Source: Eledone cirrhosa (lineage: Eukaryota). Taken from it: a DNA stretch of 64,000 nucleotides. The notes beneath the pieces are model-generated. The model had not been told where the DNA came from. It worked only from the letters and a program-made list of their open reading frames with translations, and searched no databases. Positions within the stretch are counted from its first letter, which is position 1, and each line of letters opens with the position of its first letter. Positions 38,931 to 49,992 of the stretch are shown piece by piece. The position numbers and the translations under genes are program-made. Location of the stretch: assembly GCA_964016885.1 (NCBI GenBank), contig OZ024742.1, forward strand, positions 145,886,001 through 145,950,000. The letters run 5' to 3'.

Positions 38931-41532
38931 ATTTACAATTATTCAATATACTATTATAGATTTTTCAAAAGGAGGAGAACTAGGAGACTTGGTTTGATCC
39001 ATATACTGAGATCTAGGAAGAGCAAGGACCTTTTAGCCAAGGCAAAATAACATCTATTTTCTAAAGAGTTTTCTTGATAAAAATAGAACAAGATGTTGCT
39101 ATGAAAAATAGCAAAGTAACAAATAGGAGAAAACCAACGATAGGAATGTGGTATAACTAAATATCCATGATGAGGAATGAAAGCATCAGTTCCATTCTGA
39201 GTTCAAAATACTACTTCAGAAGTACAAGATTAGCAGAAAGAGAAAAAAAAAAAAAAAATCACATGGAGTATCATGAAGAAAATCACTGAAAGAATCCCAA
39301 TCACCTTGTTAAAATGGCAAGAGGGAGGATAAGTGTAAGGAAAGGGGTTAACAGATATTTTCAGTATGGTCCGAGTTATCAACTGGAGCATGAGAAGAGA
39401 TAGAAAGGCTAAGCTCAGACATGAGGCAAAGATTATAGTTGCATTAGTAATCATTGTTGTAGTTTGAGAAGCGACAAGAAATGCTAGGATCAGACATGAT
39501 GCAAAAATCAAGGAAGGAAGGATCATGGTTGTTATAGTGACTAGGTAGAGTATGAGAGGAACAAGAACAAATTTGAGGATCAGAAAAGAGGCAAACATCA
39601 AGAAAATAAGGATCTTGGTTTTCATGGTTATCACTGTCATAGTAACCAAGTGGAGTATGAGAAGAGACAAAACAAATGCTAGGATCTGACGGGCAAAGGT
39701 CAAGGAAAGGTCATACTTGTAGTGATCTGAATAACAAGTAGAAAAGGTGATTATCTGAGAAAGATATTGAGATAAAGACATGGCTTCCAGCAAAACTAGA
39801 GATTTAAAAATTAAACCAAATTAATAATGAACATTGAAATCACCTAAGATTATTTGTTTGGCAGTATCGGTAGAGGGTCAGACGCCATGCTTTCTAGCAT
39901 AGTTATGTCCCTTTATGATCTGAGTTCACATCCTGCTGAGGTTAACTTTTCCTTTCATCCTTACGAGGTCAATAAAATAAAGTACCAGTAATGTACTGGG
40001 TAATTGCTGGCCTTGTGCCAAAAAGTAGAAACAATTATTTGTTCGAGGACAAGGACATGGTCAATTTTTTCAGATGGAAAGGAAAAAAAAAAAGGAGTGG
40101 TAGCATTTTGGGGATGGGGCAAGTGGAATTACACAGGAATGACCAAAAGAAAATGAAATATTATTGCAAATGTAGACTCCAATGCTATTTGACAGATAGA
40201 TTCCTTTCGACAAGAAGGGAGATAACCACTAATACAGAAATCCAAACTAGAAATACCAAGACTCAAGTTAGTCTCCCAAAGAGCAATGAGGGCAGGAGAA
40301 TATTGTAGAATGAAATACTGAACAGAAGAAAAGTTACAACAAATACCTTGAATATTAGTGAAAGACAATGTCAGAGATTTGGGTGTGGAAATATTAGTCT
40401 GCTTTTGATGAGTAAGTGGAACCATTTGATAATTAATGGTTTTTGATTTAGGCACAAGGCCAACAAATTTAGGGGAGGGGAAAGTCGATTAAATCTACCC
40501 CAGTGCATTACTTGTACATTATTTTATCGACCCGTAAGAATGAAAGGCTAAGCTAACCTTGGCAGGATTTGAACTCAGACTGTAACGGACCGTAACTATG
40601 CTGCAAAGCATGTTGTCTGACATTCTTCCGATTCTGCCAATTCACCGCCATTTTGAGAATTAATAAAGCTAATGAGGAAAGACTTTTAGGTAATCCCTCA
40701 AACCACTGATTTAAGACATGTTAATTCCAGCTTAACACTGTGTCTGAAAATATTTTGGGATGGTCACGGCTGGAATGCTTCTGATCATAGGTCTGCTTGT
40801 TTAGAGCTAAATCCTGATTAAAAACAATGATAAATAAAACAGATGTTACTTACAAGCAGGAGAAGCCATATTCTGTAACTGTAGACGTAAAGTTAATGAA
40901 AGCGCCGATTGGTAATCCTGGCCACCATCAGAGATATGTGACAACAATTCTTCTACTTGTGTTATCAAATTGGCTAATACTTCAACAGGAACACAATCAG
41001 CAGAATGTTGGCTAGCCTCGTGACTTGTATCAGTTTGGGTTGATCCATCTACCCATGATGTATTCAGTAGATTAAGATGTTTTATTTCAATTTGTTTTGT
41101 TTTTAACAATTTTCGTTCGCGAATCGAACGTAATGTTTCAGCCAAGAGTTCATGTGAACTACTACTGGTATCTTCATCATCACCATCTTCATCCTCTTCC
41201 TCTTCCTCTTCATCATCCTCTTCTTCTTCCTCCTCTGCCTGGACATTTGAGTCCACGTAAGCCAGTTGGCTTTTGTCTGCTTCTTCAGCATCATAGAAAA
41301 TGTCTTCACATGAGTCAAAGTCATCATCAATATCACATTCATTTGTTTCCTTGAGGACAGGAGCTTTTAAGGAGTCATCCTCAGTTAGTTTCAGCTCAGT
41401 TGTTGTAGCTGATGTACATTTATCTCCATCTCCATTTGTTGTCTGTACAGCAGCAACAGTATCCCTGCTACTGTTGGAAGCTTCATCATTGATGCCTTCT
41501 GATGCCTGCTCCGTGTCTACCTTGTTTCCCAT
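14717..41532 (-). CDS. BIVM: BIVM-like protein (basic immunoglobulin-like variable motif family), spliced, about 623 aa; join(complement 40854-41532, 38268-38429, 36019-36124, 30305-30400, 25313-25417, 24686-24910, 19463-19546, 14717-15131)
   Basis: Manual exon assembly: all introns GT-AG, phases 1,1,2,2,2,2,2 compatible, total 1872 nt divisible by 3. Translation contains BIVM blocks in the family order: [95 protein letters not shown]...[18 protein letters not shown]. Orthology versus paralogy is not resolved. Confidence 0.92.
16330..17660 (+). mobile_element. 5'-truncated CRE-clade non-LTR retrotransposon (RT tail, Zn knuckle, restriction-like endonuclease), frameshifted
   Basis: [58 protein letters not shown]; ends at (TA)n. 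Confidence 0.85.
17975..18960 (+). mobile_element. Tc1/mariner superfamily (maT/DD37D-like) transposase pseudogene
   Basis: [42 protein letters not shown]; multiple stops and frameshifts. Confidence 0.85.
19463..19546 (-). CDS. BIVM-like coding exon ([27 protein letters not shown])
   Basis: ttttttcAG acceptor, GTAAGT donor, phase 2/2. Confidence 0.92.
20900..21402 (-). mobile_element. Old Penelope-like element fragment (GIY-YIG endonuclease), interrupted by a younger PLE
   Basis: [12 protein letters not shown]…[17 protein letters not shown] in ORF 21118-21375. Confidence 0.75.
21415..23272 (-). mobile_element. Young 5'-truncated Penelope-like element (RT C-terminal half + GIY-YIG) with inverted pLTR and 12-bp TSD
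   Basis: RYVDD near 22930, ORF 22025-22861 with [26 protein letters not shown]; 161-bp inverted repeat 21455-21615 / 23113-23273; TSD atttatataaaa at 21403-21414 and 23273-23284. Confidence 0.92.
21576..21610 (-). ncRNA. Minimal hammerhead-like motif in the PLE pLTR (mirror copy on + at 23118-23152)
   Basis: cct-CCGAAGA-a-gagat(att)atctc-GAAA-AT-TA-agg; U4C core variant. Confidence 0.6.
23930..24403. repeat. Compound minisatellite of about 24 bp (ccatcatccatccagttaaccagc variants)
   Basis: Visible tandem units; causes the spurious W/G/M-rich ORFs. Confidence 0.95.
24443..24667. mobile_element. piggyBac-type MITE
   Basis: TTAA-cc..agcattt and aagggTTAA ends; related copy in the opposite orientation at 35527-35947. 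Confidence 0.65.
24686..24910 (-). CDS. BIVM-like coding exon (SFQKLNEHF…[17 protein letters not shown]…)
   Basis: tctatttcAG acceptor, GTAAGT donor; lies within ORF 24682-25047. Confidence 0.95.
25313..25417 (-). CDS. BIVM-like coding exon ([22 protein letters not shown]…)
   Basis: ttttatttcAG acceptor, GTAAGT donor, phase 2/2. Confidence 0.92.
26215..26410 (-). mobile_element. L1/Tx1-like LINE fragment
   Basis: [16 protein letters not shown]-type post-RT motif. Confidence 0.5.
26424..26611 (-). mobile_element. tRNA-derived SINE, full-length young copy
   Basis: Nearly identical to the copies at 28076, 35560 and 36327. Confidence 0.92.
26655..27672 (+). mobile_element. R4/Dong-clade non-LTR retrotransposon 3' fragment inserted in (TAA)n
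   Basis: [22 protein letters not shown]….ETIDH..S.C, RHD….[18 protein letters not shown]; TAA repeats on both sides. Confidence 0.85.
27676..28042 (-). mobile_element. Cluster of two or three nested or partial SINE copies
   Basis: SINE core (gacccc..aggatgaaagg) repeated. Confidence 0.85.
28076..28263 (+). mobile_element. tRNA-derived SINE, full-length young copy
   Basis: ggcggtggattggcagt head, B box gagttcaaatcc, (ATT)n tail. Confidence 0.92.
28730..29010 (+). mobile_element. RTE-type LINE 3' end
   Basis: [23 protein letters not shown] motif. Confidence 0.8.
29718..30056. mobile_element. hAT (Charlie-like) MITE
   Basis: TIRs cagaggttctcaaa / tttgagaacctctg; 8-bp TSD ctttagat / gtttagat. 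Confidence 0.88.
30305..30400 (-). CDS. BIVM-like coding exon ([31 protein letters not shown])
   Basis: tttaacAG acceptor, GTGAGT donor; most conserved BIVM block. Confidence 0.95.
31641..31766. repeat. Near-perfect palindrome with arms of about 53 bp around an RTE 3'-terminal motif
   Basis: tagtatatatgtatgtatttgaaaacgactcactcatcat.. is the reverse complement of ..atgatgagtgagtcgttttcaaatacatacatatatacta. Confidence 0.95.
33645..34640. repeat. 56-bp minisatellite: about 7 homogeneous copies (33645-34049) plus about 5 degenerate copies (34370-34640)
   Basis: Unit aggtagacagatatacaggtacacagacaaactacagtatagttctgtattaaccc. Confidence 0.95.
34050..34370 (-). mobile_element. CR1/L2-type LINE 3' end with (ATT)n tail inserted in the minisatellite
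   Basis: FRKHF…[14 protein letters not shown]…SFK then stop, UTR and ATT repeats. Confidence 0.8.
35527..35947. mobile_element. piggyBac-type MITE carrying a nested young SINE (35560-35745, minus)
   Basis: TTAAccctttagcattt / aaatgctaaacggTTAA ends; SINE TSD ctataaataat at 35551-35561 and 35745-35755. Confidence 0.85.
36019..36124 (-). CDS. BIVM-like coding exon (…RKNLDIKRW)
   Basis: ttgtAG acceptor, GTAAGC donor; matches the RKVLDLRRW-type motif of BIVM. Confidence 0.9.
36327..36508 (-). mobile_element. tRNA-derived SINE with 14-bp TSD
   Basis: TSD caaatattaataat at 36316-36329 and 36507-36520. Confidence 0.92.
36765..37630 (+). mobile_element. RTE-clade LINE 3' fragment (family A)
   Basis: [25 protein letters not shown] motifs; degenerate. 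Confidence 0.82.
38268..38429 (-). CDS. BIVM-like coding exon (…[11 protein letters not shown]…)
   Basis: ctctgcAG acceptor, GTATGT donor, open frame, 162 nt, phase 1/1. Confidence 0.85.
39060..40420 (-). mobile_element. Decayed LINE endonuclease region (CR1/Jockey-like) with internal repeats and a nested SINE (39857-40036, plus)
   Basis: LSFTNIQGI…[10 protein letters not shown]-endonuclease start; SINE TSD attatttgtt. Confidence 0.65.
40437..40650 (-). mobile_element. tRNA-derived SINE (longer, older subfamily)
   Basis: Same core plus the extra ggggagggg..gtcgatt segment. Confidence 0.88.
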
Positions 41533-41538
41533 TATAAC
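40854..41538 (-). CDS. BIVM-like exon with probable start codon (ATG 41532); acidic, low-complexity N-terminus
   Basis: Acceptor ttttattAG at 41539-41540, [12 protein letters not shown]..., donor GTAAGT at 40853, phase 1 matches the next exon. Confidence 0.85.
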
Positions 41539-41611
41539 CTAATAAAACAGAGATAAAAGGTTGACACTTGTAAATTACATCTGACGAAAGCAAATAGTGT
41601 TATAATAAGTT

Positions 41612-41830
41612 TGTGGTTGAGCTTCTGGCAGTGGAGATTCCCAGCATTTTTGGCCCCTGGACCATATCACTGCTTACTGCTATCGGAGCAAAGTTGGCTG
41701 CCTGCAGGAGTGAGCTCCATCAGGTGGAGTGGTTGTTTTAGTGCGTCTCCTTTGTGGTCCTCTGGGGCAATGTCTTTTCCATTCTGTTGGCCAAGACTAA
41801 AAACCAGACTGATGCTTAAGTTTTACATAT
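41612..41830 (+). mobile_element. Old CRE-clade 3' fragment
   Basis: LAVEIPSIFGP..SLLTAIGAKLA..EWLF*..GNVFSIL aligns to the C-terminus at 17410-17600. Confidence 0.75.
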
Positions 41831-41949
41831 GATGGTGGTATGTGGATTAGATTTACTTACATAAAGCACGATTAGTAAGAAAATGAAAACATTTAAACAC
41901 AAATAAATATATTGCCAACATTAAAAAAACAAAAACAAAAGAAAAACAG

Positions 41950-42320
41950 ATATATAAAACAGTATCACAGTATGAAACAAGTCATTATATAAAACAATCA
42001 CAGTATAAAACAGTGTTACAGTATGATAAAGTCTTATAATATATAACAGTGTCATAGTATATAATGATGTCATAATATAAAACATCATAATATAATGTCA
42101 TAATATAAAACAGTGTCATAGTATAAAACAATATCATAATATATGTTATAATATAAAACTGTCATAACATGTCATAATATAAATATCCTAATATACAATG
42201 ACATCATAATATAATACAGTATCATTATATACAGTGATGTCATAATATTAAACAATATCATTAATATAATGATGTTATAATATAAAAGAAATCATAATAT
42301 ATAACAATGTCATAAAAATC
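41950..42320. repeat. Degenerate AT-rich minisatellite (tgtcataatataa-like)
   Basis: Recurrent units of about 16-20 bp. Confidence 0.8.
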
Positions 42321-42769
42321 AGTAAATATAATAACCCCAATGAAATGCCCCTTATTTCATTTTATTAATGAAGAATTTTAAAGGATTTACTAGAATTATT
42401 AATTATTTCATTATTAAGATAGTAACTGAACATAGGGTTCTGGTATAAAATGATGTTGGAAGATTTTAATTTCAATAAAAACCCTTTAAAATAGGTGGTT
42501 TTGTTCCATAAACCCAGAGCCAGTTTTGGCCAGGTTAGTTTCAAAAGCAGTGCTAGACTTACCTATAAGCTAAATGAACTATAGCCTAGGGCCACATACC
42601 CTTTGGAACTCATTCTTAAAAATATATTTTTATTTTATCATTAGTTTTTATTCCTTAATACTGAATCATCAAAAAATTGTATAATATATATATATATTAT
42701 CAAAAATTGTATTATATATATATAAACAAATTGAGAGAGAGACTGAGCATAAGAGGAATCAAATGCTGT

Positions 42770-43270
42770 GTGCAGGAGAGGAGATTGGTATAGACATGTG
42801 ATGCATATGAAGGATGACAGCTGCATAAAAAGGTGCAGAGCACTAGAAGTCGATGGAAGCTGTGGAGTGGGGAGACCCAAGAAGACCTGGGATGAGGTGA
42901 TAAAAGCTGACCTTACACAATTGCACCTCTCAAAGGCGATGACACAGGACCGTGACCTCTGGCGTCACACAGAAGACCTGGTTTCCCACGGGTACAAGCC
43001 AAAGCTGAAGCATATAGACAATATGCCCCCACCCCCTCCCACTGCAAAGTGGTCATGGAGGTGCCACGGCAAAAAAGCACCCAGCACTCACTGTAAATGA
43101 TGTTGGTGTTAGGAAGGGCATCCAGCTGTAGAAATCAAGCCAGAATCAGTTCCCGTATGAGCAAGACAAGGTTAGCTGACCGGACACTGCCCACAACAGG
43201 ACAACCCATCTAACCCATGCTAGTGTGGAAGAATGGACGTAAAACAATGATAATGAATGATGATGGTGAT
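42770..43270 (+). mobile_element. RTE-clade LINE 3' end (family B) with (GAT)n tail
   Basis: WYRHVMHM…GRPKKTW…QDRDLW; ggacgtaaaac..gatgat tail. Confidence 0.82.
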
Positions 43271-43320
43271 ATATATATATATATATATTTAATTTAATTA
43301 CATAATAAACAACACAATAT

Positions 43321-43400
43321 AATTATTCCATTACCAAAGGTTTTAAGAAACTAGGTGATCCTTACAGAAACGTCCATCCCTTTCATCAGATGAAATAGTT
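43321..43400 (-). ncRNA. Inactivated type I hammerhead motif (G12A)
   Basis: atttcat-CTGATGA-aaggga…tttctt-AAAA-cc(ttt)gg-TA-atggaat. Confidence 0.6.
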
Positions 43401-43496
43401 ATGTTATGGATATCTAAATTAAATACCTCTGTACTCTTCTTTCCTTTACCTTTTCTATGGAAATACCTAACACTCATATATATGTATATATATATA

Positions 43497-43578
43497 CAGG
43501 GTGGCCTCTCAAAAATGTATACACACTTTGATTACCTGTACAGGCAATATTTATTAGTATGCTGTTGAAGTGTGTATA
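43497..43578. mobile_element. Tiny Tc1/mariner-type MITE
   Basis: TA-cagggtggcctctcaaaaatgtatacacactt / aagtgtgtatatattttttggggacaacctg-TA. Confidence 0.75.
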
Positions 43579-43822
43579 TATTTTTTGGGGACAACCTGTA
43601 TATATACATACATTATTTATTCTTTATCATTAACATTAATATAAAAAGTAATAATTATATTCTTTTAGAAAAGGGCCTCAAATTTCATATAGTTTAGGGC
43701 CTTAGCAGGTCAAAGTCTGGCCCTGATTAAAAGGGTTAAACAACACCCTCCTCACCAAAACAATAATAACAAAGTAACCAAATAGCCAGTATATATAACC
43801 AAATAACATTATTCAGAATAAA

Positions 43823-44012
43823 TGACGGTGGATTGGCAGTATCGGTAGAGGGTCGGACACCATGCTTGGACACAAAGAGTTATGGCCCTTGCCATTCTGA
43901 GCTCAAATCCCGCCGAGGTCAACTTTGCTTTTCATCCTTACGGGGTCGATAAAATAAAGTACCAGTAATGTACTGTGTAATTGCTGGCTTTGTGCTAAAA
44001 GTAGAAACAATT
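43823..44012 (+). mobile_element. tRNA-derived SINE with 15-bp TSD
   Basis: TSD attattcagaataaa at 43808-43822 and 44010-44024. Confidence 0.92.
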
Positions 44013-45827
44013 ATTCAGAATAAAGGTGTATATATATGGATCCATATAAAATACCTTTAGTTTATATTAACATAGAGTTTTGCTGTGATCATATCACTGC
44101 TACCAGGATTATTGTATATGGGTTAATATACAGCTTCATCTTACATATTTATATATACTTTGATATTTTCATTTATTATACAGTAGTAAATATTATATAG
44201 TAAACATTATTTATTTACTTAATCAATTTAAACGTCCGTATAGAGCTCGTAACCCATGACAGACTAGGGGAAGTATCTAGTACTTCTTACAGTTGAGACA
44301 CACACAAAAAAAACAAAACAAGATAGAGAGATCTAAATATAAAAATAAAAAAAAATTAATAGGAAAGGCTAACAAGAGGCAGAATAAGCATAAATGAAAA
44401 AATATCTATGACAACATGTTTGTTGATTATCATAACATTACATGAAGATATTTTCATAATCCTAAAGTAAAACTGTACTCACTAAAATCAAGACAATAGG
44501 GTAAAAAACTTACTAATATTCGCAACTAATGAACTATATGTATACAAGAAGTTTGTTTATTTGTTCAATATAATAAAAGAAATGGTTAAGTTTACAGATT
44601 TTTTTTAATAACTTTATAATAACCAGATTTTTACCAGGATAATTAATGGTGCTATTTTGTATTCAGTGTAGTAGCTAATAACGAAATTGCTATTTAATTA
44701 TTATTGCATTGGTTTTTATGTAATGAATAAATTGAGGATGCTATTACATATCAAATTATCAAATTATGGGAAAGTTAAAAACATTGTTTGCCAGCAACAT
44801 TTAGGTAGAGACATTAAATGTAATTGTTTTATAAAATCATGTAGTTTTATAGTTGTTTTCTAAGTAGTTGACTCGAGTGGTTTGTTTCCAAATTGATTTT
44901 GGAGATTTTCAGGCAAGAGAGAAATACTTTATGAAAGAGAAATGTGAATGTATTTTCCAATTTTTTTTCTTTGCTCACTCCAAGCAAGGCAATAAAACCA
45001 CTAAAATGCAAGGGGTTACAGAGAGAATATAATTCAAGGAGAGAGAAGATGACAGATGATGTTGCTTTTGAATTTTAGTAAGAAGCTGGAAGAGAATTCC
45101 ATAGGTGAGATGTACAAAGGATGATTGCATTTAGGAATTTCAACAACAAATGCCATCAATATGTGTACCGTTTAATTCCTTTTATGAATATTTTCATGCA
45201 AATAATACATGGATGGCATCCATTAAAGGATATAATTAACAAAAGACTCATAACTCTGATATCCTTAAATAAATTATCCGAATCCATTATTGGGAAAGAC
45301 ATGAAAAATAATTTTGTTTCATACATTTGATGTTAAACACTTTAGCACTCTTTTATTGACATTCAATACACTTGGGTAGTTAATAGTAGACCTGCTTTGC
45401 CTGCTTAGCACCAGTAATACACTGGGATAATTGCTGGCCTTGTGCCAAATGTAGAAACAATTAATTACAAATATAATAATAACATTTGGTGGATAAAACT
45501 TCAATAATGACAACGTAGCACAGAATGTTTTACAGCATGTAGCTAGCACTCTACTGTCCAGGAAAAGTTTTCACTTCATTTTTTAAGGTAAATACTATTA
45601 TTTTTTCACTTTGGTAATCCCTTAAGTTTCAGTTTTTTTTTGTATTTAATTTTCGAAAAACATCTACACCAAATATATAAATGTATATTTATTTATATAT
45701 ATCGAGACTTTTTGAAAATATATATTTGTTATCAAGAATACAATTGTGTTTTGAATAATATATTCATGCAGAATTGCTGATATTCTTTTCCAAGAAATTG
45801 TCCCCCAACTGTACCATCCTTTTCCCT

Positions 45828-46003
45828 AGTGGATTGGCAGGGTCGGACGCCATGCTTTGCAGCACAGTTACGTCCCTTTACAGACTGAGTTCAAATCCCG
45901 CCGAGGTTAACTTTGCCTTTCATCCTTACGGGGGTCGATAAAATAAAGTACCAGTAATACACTGGAATAATTGCTGGCCTTGTGCCAAAAGTAGAAACAA
46001 TTA
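45828..46003 (+). mobile_element. tRNA-derived SINE
   Basis: Same family, small internal deletion in the head. Confidence 0.9.
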
Positions 46004-46513
46004 TATAATATTGAGAGAGAAAGAGTGCTTGTAAATTATGAATAGATCATTATAATTTAATAAGATGCACTTAAATATTGTTTCATAAAATACAGCTACA
46101 TAAATGTTTTTCTTTTAATGAAGAAATATTATTTATTTTTCAAATAATATTGTGTGTGTCATAATCATCATAATAATCGTTTTTTATGCCAACTTTTCCA
46201 TGGAATCATGGCTTGGACACAGTAAAAGCAAAAACAACAACAAACAAAGGCCTTGTGAGTGAATTTGGTAGATAGAATTTTTTTAGAAGTCCGGTGCATA
46301 TATTTATGTGTATGAGTATCTGTCTATGAGCATCTTCATAAAACAGTTTAAAACAAATGGTGATACTTGCAGCTAACTGGTTCAGCAAAATTGAGCTGCA
46401 TACACCATACTTAAAAGTATGAGTTGGCATCAGAAAGGACATCTGGCTGTAGAAAAACTGCTTTCAAAATGTCTTATTCAACCACTCACTATTGAAAAGT
46501 GGATGCAAAATAT

Positions 46514-46622
46514 GTGTCGTGTCGTGTCGTGTCGTGTCGTGTCGTGTCGTGTCGTGTCGTGTCGTGTCGTGGTGTGGTGTGGTGTGGTGTGGTGGTGTGG
46601 TGTGGTGGTGGTGTGTGTGTGT
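46514..46622. repeat. (GTGTC)n/(GTGTG)n pentanucleotide microsatellite; similar (GTGTG)n at 51052-51150
   Basis: Direct inspection. Confidence 0.95.
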
Positions 46623-47059
46623 AAATAGATTGTATGAGCAAGAAGTGGTCACCTGATCGGTTTAACCCTATAATGTAGGACAGCAGAGTTGAGGGAATTG
46701 GTAGTACATAAGCAAATACTGTGGTAGAATATGGGAGAATATGAGCTACATAGCCAAACACTGTGGTATAGCAGAGTTGTTAGAGTGGGGGTGTGGGCAC
46801 AGCATGACTGAATGGTTAAGAAGTTTGCCTTGCCATCTTAAGGTCCTGGGTTCAACCCTACTATGTGGTATCCTGGGCAAGTATCATTTACCACAGTAGG
46901 TGAAATTAAGAAGACAGAAATTGTTTGGAAGCCTGTCAGATAGACTGTAAATGTAATTCTAAGGACCAGTCTCATCTTACACTGTATCATGTGGAATCTA
47001 TCTGAGAATTATATTAATGGTACACATGTCTGTAGAATGCTCAACCACTTACACTATAA

Positions 47060-47440
47060 TGATTTCTAATTTAGGCACAAGGCCAATGATTTGCGGGGAG
47101 GGGAAAGTCTATCATACCGACTCTTGTAATTGACTGGTACTTTATTTTACCAGCCATGGAAGGATGAAAGGCAAAGTTGACAATGGTGGGACTTGAACTC
47201 ATAGTGTAAAGAGCCAGAACAAATAATTGTTTCTATTTTTGGCACAAGGCCAGTAATTATACCAGTGTATTACCAGTGCTTTATTTTATCGACCCCGTAA
47301 GGATGAAAGGCAAAGTTAACCTCGGCGGGATTTGAACTCAGATCATAAAGGGCCGTAACTCTTTGCTGCAAAGCATGGCATCAGAATAAATAATGCAAAG
47401 GCATTTTATCAGACGCACCTACCAATTCTGCCAATCCATC
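47060..47440 (-). mobile_element. Young SINE nested inside an older SINE
   Basis: Inner copy about 47228-47381 bounded by cagaacaaataat / cagaataaataat; the outer copy resumes after it. Confidence 0.85.
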
Positions 47441-47654
47441 ACCCAAGCCACTTGCGCTATAATACAAGATGGTTTGTACTTGTAATTTAAAGAACCAGGC
47501 TCACCAGACATTGTGGCATGTTGAATCTCCCTGAGATTTGTTAAGGATATACATAACTGTGGAATACTCTTATATGTTAATTTCATGAGAAAGCTGTACT
47601 CTTGATCAATGACTGGAATACTCATTGTCGAAATCAACAGAGGCTCATTTACCT

Positions 47655-48260
47655 TTATGTTCTTCTTTGCCCATTTATTCCTGGGAGAGTCACAGGGGCA
47701 GATTCCTCAGACACACTTTCCAGAGAGCCTTATCAGAAGCAACCATTTTCAATTGATCCAGCTGGATCCTCAAATGAGACCAAACGAGCTCATGGATGTT
47801 ATCTAACCATCTTGCAGATGGTTTACCTCCGAGTTTCTTGCTGGTTGATTCTGTCCATAAAAACTGTCTAGTGAGTCTTTGCTTGCACATTTTAACCATA
47901 TGTCTGTTGTATTAGAGCTTTGATCTCTCAATTCAGAGATGTAGCAGCTCTACTTGGAGTGACTGCCAGATCTCTGAGCTATGCACCCTATCGAGTAACA
48001 TTACTCTAGTGAATTTTCACAGGAATCCCATTTCAACCACTTGTATTCCAGTATTCCTGATTGTATACTTTTGGTCTTTATTCAAGATTCATGACAATAA
48101 TAAGGGTTGGTATGAATACTGAATTGAAGATAGGTGGTTTGGCTTTTACACTTACCTCCCTTCTGATGACCAAATGCTGAAGCTGGTACATAATTTTACT
48201 AGCTTCAGCAATTCTTGGATTTAATTCAGTCTCTTGCCTTCCACCACTCATGATAATGCA
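47655..48260 (-). mobile_element. RTE-clade LINE 3' fragment (family A)
   Basis: Reverse-complement similarity to 37050-37630. Confidence 0.8.
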
Positions 48261-49932
48261 CCCTTTGTGTTACCTTTTAAATTGTGGATGAGAGGAAGCT
48301 ATCTCAGCACAATGGAGGCTTTGAAGACGTCAATGGTATAGTGAAGTCACCAATGATGATAACTTTAGAGAAATATGCCAATGAAAAAAAGTCTCTGAGG
48401 TTACTACATGTGTTAGAAATAACAGCCAAATTTAATTTAACTGTTTTGATACCAAACCACTTGAAACTCCTCTAGTTTCAACAATACAAAACAGCTTATT
48501 CTATAGTGTTTATTTTAATATAAAACTCTCACACCAACTTAATAATGAGAAAATTAGTTGTAGTGCTAGACCCCTCTGAATTTTTGGTTATTTTCAACAG
48601 GATCTAAAAATTACAGACAGTGTCTTTCATTAGAAATATTATGATGTAAAGGTTAATTCAATCATCCTAAAAATGGATGAATATACTGGATAAATATGTG
48701 CCAGAAAAGAAGATAGGTTGGTTATGCCTGGTATACTGGTCGAATAGTGAAAATTTGACTTCGAAACACTCTTCAATTATAATTCCATTCACATCTCAGA
48801 TACTTTATGAGAATATTAAATTAAGTCATGTACTTGACAGGCACTATACATTAATTACCATAGAGAGGCACATTTCACCTAGGTAGGATTTGAATTAAGA
48901 ACATAAATGTCAGTAATTAAATATTACAGGGATTTCATTTGATGCTCTAATGATTCTAGTATTATATTTTCTGCCAAACGAAACACAGTCAAAAATGACA
49001 CGTTAAGAAAATATGAGATCAACAAAAATACATAAAACAGAATAAAAAATTGCATAAAGGTGTTTTCCAACATAATATTCACACAAGTACAATGAAGACT
49101 TTTGGCTTTCTTAGTCCCCTTACCATTTCCCTACTCATTGATATCAGAGTAGAGTTGATCACACACAAGAGTGAGCCTTGCAAGTTGGAATGGCTATCTC
49201 ATGTTGTCTCCTTTGCCATCCTCCAGAATAATACTTTCTTCACTGTCCACTGGACCACTGGGACCATGAGGCTGTTTGTGCCTTGCAGTAGTGATTGTAT
49301 ATATATATATATATATACACACACACAAACACATATACAGCACACACACACACACATATATATATATATCATCTGGTTTAATGTCTTCTTTACTTGTCAT
49401 AAGTATTGGATATTTTGGGAGCCTCTTTCAAAACATCTTTCCAGAGCATTCATTCCAGGGATAGGTTTTGGTCCAGGCTTTCAGATTATCCCTGATTACT
49501 TCTTCCCAGGTCATATACATATATATATATATATATATATATGTGCATGACTGAGTGGTTAGAGAATTGGATTTGCAATTGTGAGGTTGTGATGAAAGTC
49601 GATAGTCTGTCGATATACATATATATATACATATATATATATATCCAAAATTAAGATAAATTAAATTAAATTAAATTAAATTAAGGGTGTCATGCCGGAT
49701 AGACATGCGCCATATCACCCGTAAAATATGCTCCAAGATTCTAATGAATAGATCCGAGCATTTTATATCAACTAGAAATTGATTGACATATAAACAAACA
49801 TATGAAACAATCACAGGGGATAATTTGTAAAAGGTAGGTAACTAAATAAAGTTTAACTAGAGCTTCAAAAATAGATACCTTATAAAATGATTAATCTTCC
49901 TTGTATATATTCCCTGAAGATTATACACCAAT

Positions 49933-49992
<60 letters not shown>

